Shown here: one piece after another, positions 39,101-51,100 of the stretch
Numbering within the stretch: the stretch's first letter is position 1
Layout: each line of letters starts with the position of its first letter
Source of the DNA: Squalus acanthias
Lineage: Eukaryota
DNA length: 64,000 bases
NCBI GenBank assembly: GCA_030390025.1
Contig: CM059441.1
Coordinates: 66,774,001 to 66,838,000 of the forward strand
Direction of reading: 5' to 3'
Notes under the pieces: model-generated
Seen by the model: only the letters and a program-made list of their open reading frames with translations
What the model was told of the DNA's origin: nothing
The model's database searches: none
Program-made: the position numbers and the translations under genes

Positions 39101-42100
39101 CGAGCATCCTGAGCCTGTATATTTTGTTTTAAGATCATCCTTTTTGACCCTCAGTAGTTCTCCTGGCTAGAGCATTGCATAGCTGAGCCACTTAAACCAA
39201 AAGATCCCAAGCTCACTGTGTGCTAGAGTTAGCTGCTCTCGTGCAGATCGGGGGTAGGTGTGATTCAATTGCTCCTTGATTCCCTGGGAGGGGGTGGGGG
39301 GGGGGGGGGGGAGGAATTGACCTGGATTCTTGATCCTGATCATTCTCCAGTGACCCTTGCTGGAATTTGTGTGGTGTCTGATAAAGACAGGAGTGAGCTT
39401 GGCTGGGAGGCCCATGCTGTTGACTAGCCTGCCGACACTGAACAGGGTCACGTGAGAATAATGGTATTTGAGTGCTGCCTTGTCAGAGGCTGTTTGCTGA
39501 TGGTGGGGAAAGGGAACATGTCATCAGATCACGTGCCTATCCCCACACTAATGCAATAAAATACTCTCCTTTATACCAGGCCTTTGACACTGAAAAATTT
39601 CAAACCATTGCGTAGTTTGCAGGAATGACCCCTCCTCTAATCTATTCTTTTTTACCTTCTGGGCAACCCCTCTCACTGACTCCCCGGGATTAGTACGCAG
39701 TTGGCACATAAATATACTACATCACCAGTTACACTTGTATTAAAAAGTACAATTAAAAACACACAGTGCTGAGTTGTTTTGATCACATGGCAGCCAACTT
39801 AAAAAAAAAAAACATCAAATTTTAATGTTCATAGAATCAGAGAAATTTATGGCACAGAAGGAGGCCATTTGGCCCATCGTGTCTGTGCCGGCTGAAAAAA
39901 AGCTATCCAGCCTAATCCCACTTTCCAGCTCTTAACCCTGTAGGTTACGGTACTTCAAGTGCTTATCCAAGTACTTTTTAAATGTGTTGAGGGTTTCTGC
40001 CTCTACCAACTTTTCAGGCAGTGAGTTCCAGACCCCCACCACCCTCTGGGTGAAAATAGTTCTCCTCAACTCCTCTCTACCAATTACTTTAAATCTATGC
40101 CCCCTGGTTATTCACCTCTCTGCTAAGGGAAATAGGTCCTTCCTATCCACTCTATCTCGGCCCCTCATAATTTTATACACCTCAATTAAATCTTCCCTCA
40201 GCCTCCTCTGTTCCAAAGAAAACAACCCCAGCCTATCCAGTCTTTCCTCATAGCTAAAATTCTCCAGTCCTGGCAACATCCTCGTAAATCTCCTCTGTAC
40301 CCTCTCTAGTGCAATCACATCTTTCCTGTAATGTGGTGGCCAGAGCTGCACGCAGTTAAATTTTATAATTTGGGGGAAGGATATGTTCTAGGGAGGGAGA
40401 CCTGTAGTTATTTTGAGCCCCAACCTTGCTTAGCATGAACAGGATGCTGCGAACATGCTACCTGCAAAGGTCAGCAGTGTTACCTGCTTGCCATTTTTAA
40501 TCCAAGTTCCTGCTTCACTCCTGTTGTCCATCCAGCTAACTGGAGAATGCTGCATCCATGCTTTCCTGTGTTAGACGGACAAGCTGGGTTGCTGGCAAAC
40601 TGGGGTAATAGAGGAGAATCCTTTCTTGTTGCTTGTGTGAGGCTCCCTTTTTTAAAAAAAAAAAAGAGCTCGAGTAGAAATTTATGTTGGGCGGTAGCGT
40701 GAAACTGGCGCTTTCACATCGGCTGTCGGTTATAGCTCCCGCCCGTTACTCCGTTCAGTTGACTTCAGTAGAAGGGAGTGTCGGGTGGGATGTGTAGCAG
40801 GCAGGGAGTGTCAGGTGGGATGTGTAGCAGGCAGGGAGTGTCAGGTGGGATGTGTAGCAGCCTCTGCAACGCCGCCAGCTTCGCCCCACAGCCTAAAATT
40901 AATGTCCACCCCCTTGTCCTTTCCTTTCCCCGCCTGCTCTCCGAGTCCTTCCAATGTTCAATGCATGTAATTTAAGGTAAAAGACAAAAGCCAGGGAGAT
41001 GTTTTGCTATTTATCTTCTCCAAGGAAGGGGGAGTTGCCAGTAATGAAACTGCTCTTGAGCATGTTTTATGTAACCGCTGCAGTGTCTGTTGCTTTTATT
41101 CGTCTTCACTCGCTCTCCTCTCTCCACACTGTTCTTGAGTAGCGAGATCGTATCCCTGGATTAGCTTCTCCAGTGACGAAGCTGCCCCGTGCTTCCACTG
41201 AAAGAATGCACATTTCTGCAGGACAAGCTGGCTCAGATCGCACTCTTATCCGCTTAATAATTCTCTGGGGGCCCATCCATTGCTGTGGTCTGATCAACAT
41301 TGATGTGGCTCATGCCATTTGCACTGGACAGATTTGAATGGCACTGAGGTTCACATTAACAGTTGTGAACTGAGCAATTTCTGTTTTGAGCTCTGGCAAG
41401 ATTATAGTGGCTTTATATTCCTAACCTCTAAATTTTTCTCCACCGTGTTCCTCCTGTGAAGAGCTGTATGCTTGCGGCAAGTTCCATGAGGCTGAGCATT
41501 TGTTTTGATTTATTTGTCTCACACGCACGCGCACACACACACCCCTACCTCACGCAGCAAGACACTCAGCCCTACAGCTTCATGAGGACTGAAGGAGCAA
41601 CATGCCGACTGGGACTGGGAGTGCCTATCAGCCCTGGCACCGAGCACCATTCTTCACCACAGTAGGCTTTGGTTTTACGTAGGTCAACAAAAAGGAATCC
41701 CTTCATGCGGAAAGCATTCATCTACTTCACGCAAAAAGTAACCCGGTTGAGTTTAAAAATTATTAAAGGTTTAAAATAAAGCCCAAGTCGATTTGTTTTA
41801 GCTGTGTTTAATTCGAATCTGCGACCATGAAAAAAAATTAATAATAAAATGTACGTTAACAAGTTAAAAATGGGAATTTGCTCGTTTGTTCCGGGTATGT
41901 TGAAGATGCCTCCGTGAAGTGAGGGAATCTGTCTTTCTGCATGATGCCGAGCTGTGGGTGAAATGTGTTTCTTACGGGGCATTGCTTCAAGAAAGCAACC
42001 ACATGACCTTGAGCGTCCCAGTCTCTGCTTTTTTTGCAAACTGATCCAATAATTCTTTGCGACTGAGTATCATGAGAACGATGGTTGATAACTCCTTGTT

Positions 42101-45100
42101 CAAACACTGGGCATTTTTGCAGTGTATCTTGTAACTGGAAAATGGTGCGTGACAATAGAAATGGCAGAGGTTGCGCGCGTTTACACAAGTCACTAAAAAG
42201 AAGTTTCCTTGTGTGTCAAGGTGGCCGCCTGTTGTGCTGTGAATCCTGTCCAGCTTCCTTCCATCCTGAATGTCTGACTATTGAGATGCCAGAAGGGAAC
42301 TGGTATTGCAATGATTGTAAGGCTGGCAAGAAATCACGCTACAAGGAAATAGTCTGGGTCAAGCTGGGCATCTACAGGCAAGTCATTTTTTTTTTAAACA
42401 CAATAAAGAGCTTTAATAATTCATGTCTTCAAAAGGGGATACTGACGTTAGATCAGAAGTGGTATTTTGCACACTGTTACAGCAGCGGTGCTGAAATTTG
42501 ATTATAATGTGAAGCCAAAACTAATGGACTGAAATCAAAAGGGAAGGAAGAGGAGAAAGTGACTCTTGTTCAAGTGGTTCCTGCCCATTGTCCAGTCAAA
42601 ATCCTGGAACTCCCTCCCTAACAGCACTGTGGGAGTATCTTCACCACATGGACTGCAGCGGTTCAAGAAGGCGGCTCACCACCACCTTCTCGAGGGCAAT
42701 TAGGGATGGGCAATAAATGCTGGCCTTGCCAGCGACACCTACATCCCATGCATGAATATTTAAAAAAAAGTTACAGTTCCTTTCAGGGCTCATAATTGAG
42801 GTTAAAGAAGCAACAGACAGCAACACATCAAATTACATAGAAGAAAATGCCATTTTAGTTTATTTCCAATTCGTATGTCTTTTTATTAGTGTGCATTAAG
42901 GTAATATCTTCGAATTGTAGATGAGAGGAACTGAACCAGATGTATTCCCCCTCACTGGGTGTATAAGAAGAGTCTGAAGAGTTTATGTAGAGTTGAAGAA
43001 AATGATTAAAGTCCATGATTCTAACAGCTCTGAGCCCCTTTAAGGATTGCAGTCATAAATAGCGTAAAACAATAACTGACACCAATTATGAAGAGTTTGG
43101 GTACAGTTCACTGAAGCACCTTTTGTCCACTTCACGTTTGTTTACATCACAAGGCTGAAGTAATTTGATCAATTTGGTTTGCTCAACTGAAATAAATTCT
43201 AAAATGAGTGCTGCAGTCATGAACGTTGCTTAAACAATTCAACGGCAAGTTTTGCAAATGTCCCAAGATGTAGTAGGTTCTACCTTAACATGGAGCTGAA
43301 TTGTGCTGTGACTGTTTCCCTTACCTGTGAGATCATTGTGGCACTGAAGGTGACTCTTCCCCCTCATCTGAGTGCCATCCTGATAAATTGAGAACTGTTT
43401 CTTTAAATTTGCGCCTCTGTCCGCTGACCAAATTCGTGGCGCATTCAGAGGGTGCTTGCTCTGCAGATCAATGTCGATCTGATGCAGTTGACCTGCAGAT
43501 ATACCAAATCTAGCTCCCTGATCTGAAATAACCAGGGCAATTTAATGACCCTCTTCTTCTGCAACACCTTTTTATTAAATCGTTTCCCTGCTCCATTGAC
43601 TTAAACTGCAGTGCAATTCAAGAGGGATGTAGCTGATCTGACAAAAATGAGAAGTCGCACAACACCAGGTTATAGTCCAACAGTTTTATTTGAAATCACA
43701 AGCTTTCGGAGCTTACACCCCTTCCTCAGGTGAAGTAAAGAAATACAGAGTCGACAAAGTATATATAGATAGAGAACAATGCATGTGTAACTTACAATGG
43801 CAGACGACTACATTTAAATCATCCTGACTGTTTATCTGCCGAGGTGTGACAAAAGGCAATCAGGTCAGCCAGGAAGGAACCACATCAAAGACATAGCAAG
43901 ATACAACTGAGACAATGAGGTGGAGCCACAGGGGGTCCAATGTGTCAAAAGCCGCAGTCGGTATGGGAAACGATAAACTTTAAAATTTTTACTTTTTTAC
44001 TGGGAATCACATCTGTGAACAAGCCAACGACGACTCGAGTCTGGATCACGTCATGTATCGTGACATAAACCCAAGATCCCAGTTGAGGCCGTCCTCATGA
44101 GTGCGGAACTTGGCTATCAGTTTCTGCTCGATGATTTTGCGTTGTCGTGTGTTTCTAAGGCCGCCTTGGAGAACGCTTACCCGCAGATCCGAGGCTGAAT
44201 GTCCTTGACTGCTGAAGTGTTCCCTGACTGGGAGGGAACACTCCTGCCTGGTGATTGTTGCGCGGTGTCCGTTCATACGTTGTCTCAGTGTCTGCATGGT
44301 CTTGCCGATGTACCATGATCTGACAGTACACTGGATATCAGCAAGCAATGAGAGACCACTTCAAAGAGACAACCTCGCACCTTGTGCGCCTCACTTCAGC
44401 TGCAGTACTACTGCAACTGGTGCAAAGCGAGCTATTTAAAAAAACAAAACTGTTCACTGTTGGCAATGGGTGTGGTAGACTCTTTGCTAACTTGAAAAAT
44501 GGGGTGTGGATGCTGCAGAGCAGAACTCTGCACAGTCCTCTGCTTTGCCAGACCAGAGAATGCTGTAGAGCTAGTAGAATTGGTAGTATAACTCCGTGCT
44601 ACTGGCTCCGACCATTTCAAAGGAGGTATCGGTGTCAAACCAGTACTTGCAGTGTAAATAAAATGCAAATAAATACAGAAAGTGCTGGAAATAGTCAGCT
44701 GGTCAGGCAGCATCTGTAGAGAGAGAAACAGAGTTAACATTTCAGGTCGATGACCTTTCGTCAATAAAATGCATGTTGCAACACCCCTAAACTTGACTAA
44801 CAGTGCGAACAGCCCATAAAATTGATTTGTGAAAACTCCTCCGATTTTATATCAATTACACTCGCTTGACAGAAACCTGTGATTGCGAATACCGTTCTCA
44901 AAAAAAAATCCTTTTAATATGTTTAGTTCAGGTAGCAACAATTCCAATACATGTTTTCCTTGTACCAAACTGCCTTTGGATAAAATTTGGCAATTGAAAT
45001 TTTTCTAGTTATTAAAAGTTGATGAAATTTGCAAATTAACATGGGGAAAAAAATCTCTACAGGAAAGTCTGGTTTAAATGCAAATACAGTGGCTCTCCTG

Positions 45101-48100
45101 TTCCGTTGCACAATGTGTGTCGGAGAATATGGTAGGTGCTTTTGAGAATGAAGTAAGTGGGTAGTGATGGCAACATTTCTGTCCACAGCAAAAACCATTG
45201 CACCATTTTAAGGAAAATTGGGACAATTATTTTAAGCAGAGGAAGATACAAGTCTATGGGGAGAGAAAGGGGCAGTGGGATTAGTTTCTGTTTGCTCTAA
45301 CAAAGAGCTGTCACAGACACGATGTCCCAAATGGCCACCTCCTGTGCTGTAAACTTGTGTGGTTCTACGATGAAATTAACATTTTTGTGTGTGGTTCAAA
45401 TTTCCTAAGAATCAATCATCAACAACAATAACTTGCATTCAGATAGCGCCTTTAACATAGAAATATGTCCCAAAGTGTGTCAGAGATGCCGAGCCAAAGA
45501 AGGTGATATTAGGCGGGGTGGCCAAAAGCTCGGTCAAGGAGTTGGGTATTAAGGAAGGTCATGAAAGAAGAGAGGGAGGTGGAGAAGCAGAATGGTTAAG
45601 CAAGGGAATTCCAGAGGGCAGGGCCTAGGCACCTGAAAGAATGGTGACCAATGTTGGGGTGAAGGGGGGGATGCACAAGAGGCCAGAGTCAGAGGAACAG
45701 ATAGTTCAGGGGATAGTTTTATCTCCTGCTCACTTGACCCATTTCCATTAACTGCTGATCACCCAACTTCCCTTCCTCCCCCCACCCCGCTAGCTGAGTA
45801 AATGGTTGTTTCTCCTCTGACTGTCCCCCTCTCTTTCCAAGCTGCCATCATCACCGCCCCCCCCCCCCCCTGAAAAACCCACCTTCAAACTTTCTGTCCT
45901 TGCTAACTACCACCCTTATCCAATCTCCTTTACCTTTCCAAAGTTCCTGAATGCCTCTTAAATCCATGCCCATCCAGTCCTGGAGTAGTGCTTGGTTTTG
46001 GAAGAGGGGAGTGAGGCCTGAGACTTGATGTGTTCAAGGCAGATCTGGTTGTGTACCAGACACACTCAAGTCTGCGTCACTTAGACTTGAGGGAGTGAAT
46101 ATGGGGGCCATACCAGGTGGAGTTCCCAAGATGGGAGACCGTAACGGTTTTGCTCAGGAGAAGGGTAGCAAAGATGGAGGTGAGGTAATGGTTGCGCAAA
46201 TCAACAGCAGCAAAAGATGTGGCCAATGCAGGGCCAAAGGCTAGGCAATTGGGAATTTGAAAGTACAGTTGTAATTGACTTGGATTAGAGTTTTATCCAG
46301 GGACAGAAGCAGAAGGAAGTGGGATTGGAAGTATATGTGGGTGCTGAGGGACACATGGAAGTGGTCGGAGATGGCCTTGGCAATGATGGAGACCATGGGA
46401 GTAGAGAAGGCACGGGAGATAGCAAAGTCAAGATAAGTGGATCGTGGTGAAGTACTTTTGCTTGTGAAGATTCAACCAATCAGAACAGTGCAACCGACCT
46501 CTCGTGATGGGCACATTCAAAGCATGCTGCCCACTTTTCCCAAGATTTTTATACACCGGATGTTTCCTTTCTGCTGTTTTGGGTCAGTGACAGACAATGA
46601 GTTATAGAAAGACTGCATATTTCTGAAATCGCTCCTGTTCGTAAATGCATTTGTTCATGAGATTATTGATAAGTCAGTGTGCCATACAGTTGGCCATATG
46701 TGACGTGGTGATGACTCGTGCTTCTTACCCTGCTGTTTGTTTCAGGTGGTGGCCAGCAGAGATTTGTAACCCCAAATCCGTGCCACTTAACATTCAAGCA
46801 ATGAAGCACCATATAGGAGAATTCCCTGTGCGTTTCTTCGGATCGAATGATTACTATTGGGTGCATCAGGGCAGAGTCTTCCCTTACTTAGAAGGAGACA
46901 AGGGCAACGTCTCCGATGGACGAGCTGGTGGTATTAACGAGATTTTTAAAAAAGGTAAAATCTTCAGAATACAAGCAGAGATGTCTTTCCCTAATGCTAA
47001 ATGAACAGCCCGCGGTCTTAAAAGACGATTATTGCACATTTGTCACTTATTTATTACCTGCTTTGTATTGCTTCCTCGATCCAAGCTCTTGCTGTAAGGT
47101 GATGGAGTACTCCAGGGTATAGGCATCTCCACAACTATTGGAACCTGTCTGTAGTCAACCTTCAGTTCTGGTGTGGGAAGGGGCTCCCTCTCGAATGTTT
47201 TTCATCTCTTTTTGCCTAAAGAATGCTGTTGAAATCTGTTTGGGTTGAGGAGGAGATGCTGAAGTGAATGATCGTTCAATATTTTGAATCTTTCTTGGGT
47301 TTCCTCGTTATTCAATTCCTGGGAATTGAATCATTACTGGAGTTGGCTAGCTCTGTGTCAGTAGGAACAGTAGACTGTTGGCCAGTAGCTCCCATAGCAG
47401 TAATCCCTTAAGTTCTATGGTGGCTATTGTATAGAAAGGGGAGGGGAAACTGATCCCAAATAAAAATGTTACTTTCTGCCACTCCTAGCACTGGAAGAAG
47501 CTGCTAAACGATTCCAGGAGCTAAAAGCACTGAAAGAGAGCAAGGAAGCACTAGAAAATGAACGCAACGAGAGAAAGCCACCAGCTTATAGATTCATCAA
47601 AGTAAGTCCTGTCAAACAATGAAAAGTAAAACTGACCAACAGCACTTGATTGTTTCCATAACTTTAAAAAAAAAAAATAATTTTTCACTTTTTTTTGTAT
47701 CCAATTACCAGTGGGCAGCCTCGTTCGGATGAATGTAGAAATGAAACCGTAACTGCCTCCAACACTTTGCCATAGCTTTTAATATTAAAAAAAAATTACA
47801 TTTGACACTCATGATTTGACAGCATTTGCAAATAAAAGGTCCATTGACCGGGAAGTTTATTTTAAGATCTGAATTTGCACACTGAAAATAAATAGGCATT
47901 TCATTTTGACGTCTCCCGCTAGCGTGCCATTTTGTTTCGCCCCTCTCCTGGGTGCGCTGGCTCTCGCTTGGGGTACAGTTCCTCAGGGTACTGACAGCTT
48001 CAGGACTCCACCTGATTGGCCAATCTTCACATGCGGGCCTAGCCAGTCGCCTAGAAATGAATGCTGATGATACTGGGGGAAGAACGCGTCAAGTGTTCTA

Positions 48101-51100
48101 TTGACATTCCCTCTCTGCTATTTTAATGGAGACGTTCCCGTTTATCTTACATGGTTAATGCTGCCATTAAAATAGCAGACTGGGCAAGTCATGCCAATGC
48201 ACGGTGTTTGCCCACTAACATTGCTGACATGTCTTTATAATCCAGCAGGCTTTCTGAGCACTGATTGGGAGGAGGAGGGGCAATTGCAACCCGTCCCGAT
48301 GCTGCCACAGAGTCACTTTTCCGCTTTCGGCAGTGATCAGGAGCAAGAACCCTGGCTAATTTTTTTACCTCCCAGCCTAGCCCAGGGAAGCTAAGTCGGC
48401 ACTGACCGGCAGTCAAACCACAGACCTCCTGATTCGCATGTCTCAGGACTACATTGGTGATTTAAAAAAAAAAAAAAATACATTTCAGTCTCTGTTTCTC
48501 ATTTTCAGATTGGCATATTGTAGGAGTAGAGCAAGTCTCCACTATTACTCCTCATTTTATAGTTTGTGCCTCTCCGTGGTAAATAGGCTGTTGTGTAGAA
48601 GTGAACTTGTACAAATGTGAAGCAACCTTGGCAAAATGGTGACGCATCTGCACAAATAAAATGCGGCACTTTGACTTGTCTTCTTTCCACAACAGACAAA
48701 CAAACCAGTTGGGAAAGTACAGATCCACGTTGCTGACTTGTCCGAAATCCCACGGTGCAACTGTAAGCCCACTGACGAAAGCCCCTGCGGGCTGGACTCG
48801 GAATGTCTGAACCGGATTCTGATGTACGAGTGCCATCCCACCGTCTGTCCAGCCGGAGAAAGCTGTCAGAACCAGTGCTTCACCAAGCGACTGTACCCCG
48901 AGACGGAGCTTGCGAGAACAGAAGCGCGTGGCTGGGGTCTCTGCACTAAAGTAGACATCAAAAAGGTGACTTCTCTTCACGCTTTCCTCCCTTTTGTCTT
49001 GCCAGGAAGTGGCTGTGTCATTAGAGGGATGTAGTGCCCTATGTAAACGTGCACCATCCACGGGTTTGTGTTCTAGTCCAACCTGCTGAACTTTATGCAG
49101 ACGTTCAAGCTTAATGCATTGTGCGGGTGGGAGGGAGACTGCTGTTCAAAGCACCTATACATGTTCTCCAGAGACTCATCTGTCATTCTTGCACGCAGGG
49201 TCAATTCGTGACCGAGTATGTCGGTGAGCTAATTGATGAAGAAGAATGCAGAAACCGCATAAAACATGCTCACGAAACCAACATTACCAATTTCTATTTG
49301 CTGACATTGACCAAGGTAAGGCAGCGGTTACTTTCTACTGCGGGAAGCTGTTACTTTGTGGTGCTAATGGAGGCTGGATTGGAAAAGCACAATTCAAGTC
49401 TTGGGCTAGCCCTTGGGGGCTCATTAATAAAGGTGGCAATTTGCACTGCTCCTGAGGTCCCATGTCACCCATTGTATCATCAGTGAGAGGCATCAAGTGG
49501 AGACTCGGTGCTTCCCAGGAGGAGTGCAGACTGAAGAGGGAGTCTCTGACAATTTGTTGTACAAAAGAAGAAAGAAAAGATTTGTATTTATATAGCGCCT
49601 TTCATGGCCTCCGGATGTCTCACAGCGCTTTACAGCTAATTGCGTACTTTTGGAGTGTAGTCACTGTTGCAATGTAGGAAACACGGCAGCCAAATTGCGC
49701 ACAGCAAGCTCCCACAAACAGCAATGTGGTAATGACCAGATAATCTGTTTTAGTGACGTTGATTGAGGGATAAATATTCACCAGGGCACCAAATGGAATT
49801 CCCTAGCTCTTTTTTTTGAATAGTGCCATGGGATCTTCTACATCCACCTGAGAGAGCAGACGGGGCCTCGGTTTAACGTCTCATCCGAAAGACGGCACCT
49901 CCGGCAGTGTAGCACTCCCTCAGTACTGCACTGGGAGTGTCAGCCTGGATAATGTGCACCTCCCTTGCAGTCAGCTAGAATGGTATTGGTGAAGAACCTG
50001 GTACAACTTATCTGGTGACCTTCTGTCCTGGTGAATAATGACTGGCATAAGAAGCAGTGATAAGCACTCCAGAACAGCAAAAACCGCTTGGAGACTGTAA
50101 AGCTGCTTTCTCTTCAGCACCAAGAGGCTGTTTCCACTCAAATTTGAACAAAGTGTCTTTCAGCCTCAACGTCCCTATGAAGTTGCAGTGTCTCTGGTGG
50201 TCCACCTCTCTCATGGTTCCTTTGTTCAGATGTCAGCTGTCTGGATGTCAGCTGATACTATTAAGAAGTAACAAGCAATGGTATCAATGTAAAGCTGGCT
50301 CCTCATGGCCGTCCACTGATGAATTGAAGTGTAATTATGCAGTGTGCTGCCTTTTAATGGGACCAGCTTGTTGCCCGAGCAGACACTGCTATTTGATAGT
50401 ACTTCAGTGTGTAGTGACTGCTTTATTTCACAGCAATCATTATTGATTATCACCGTGAAATATTTTCAGCAAAGACATTGCATTTATTGTAGGCATTATC
50501 ATACAGCAACTTTGTACAACACCTGGTCCCTTGGTGTCTGTCTTAACGCTCTTGCTGGCAAACAAAATAAGGCCCTGAACTGAATAAAACTGTTTTGCAC
50601 AAACTCCACAGAATCCAATGTCTAAAATGAAGAACAGCCTAGAGTTGCAGCAAGACCTTATTTTCATTTTGGTGTTCAGAGGGCCCTTGTAAACGCCCAG
50701 CGTTGTGTTTTCAGAGTTCCTTGCTGATCCTCCAGGGTCAGTTAGCCACTACATAACTGAGTTTTAGAAAAATGATTCACGTGTGAACTGGGTACTTCCA
50801 ACATGGTGGGGTTTTTCATGTAGGCCTTAAACAGAAGAGGCTTCGGGGAAATTAAAAAGATTCTCATCAGTCAAGAGCGAAGCCGAAACAAAATGTTGAT
50901 TTGTGTTTCCAGGATCGCATCATTGACGCTGGACCCAAAGGCAATTACTCCCGCTTCATGAACCATAGTTGCAATCCAAACTGCGAGACGCAGAAATGGA
51001 CGGTGAATGGTGACACACGCGTTGGGCTCTTCGCACTTTGTGACGTACGAGCAGGTGAGAGTGCATGGGGTCGGAGGGTGGAGGGGCTTTATTAGAAGTG

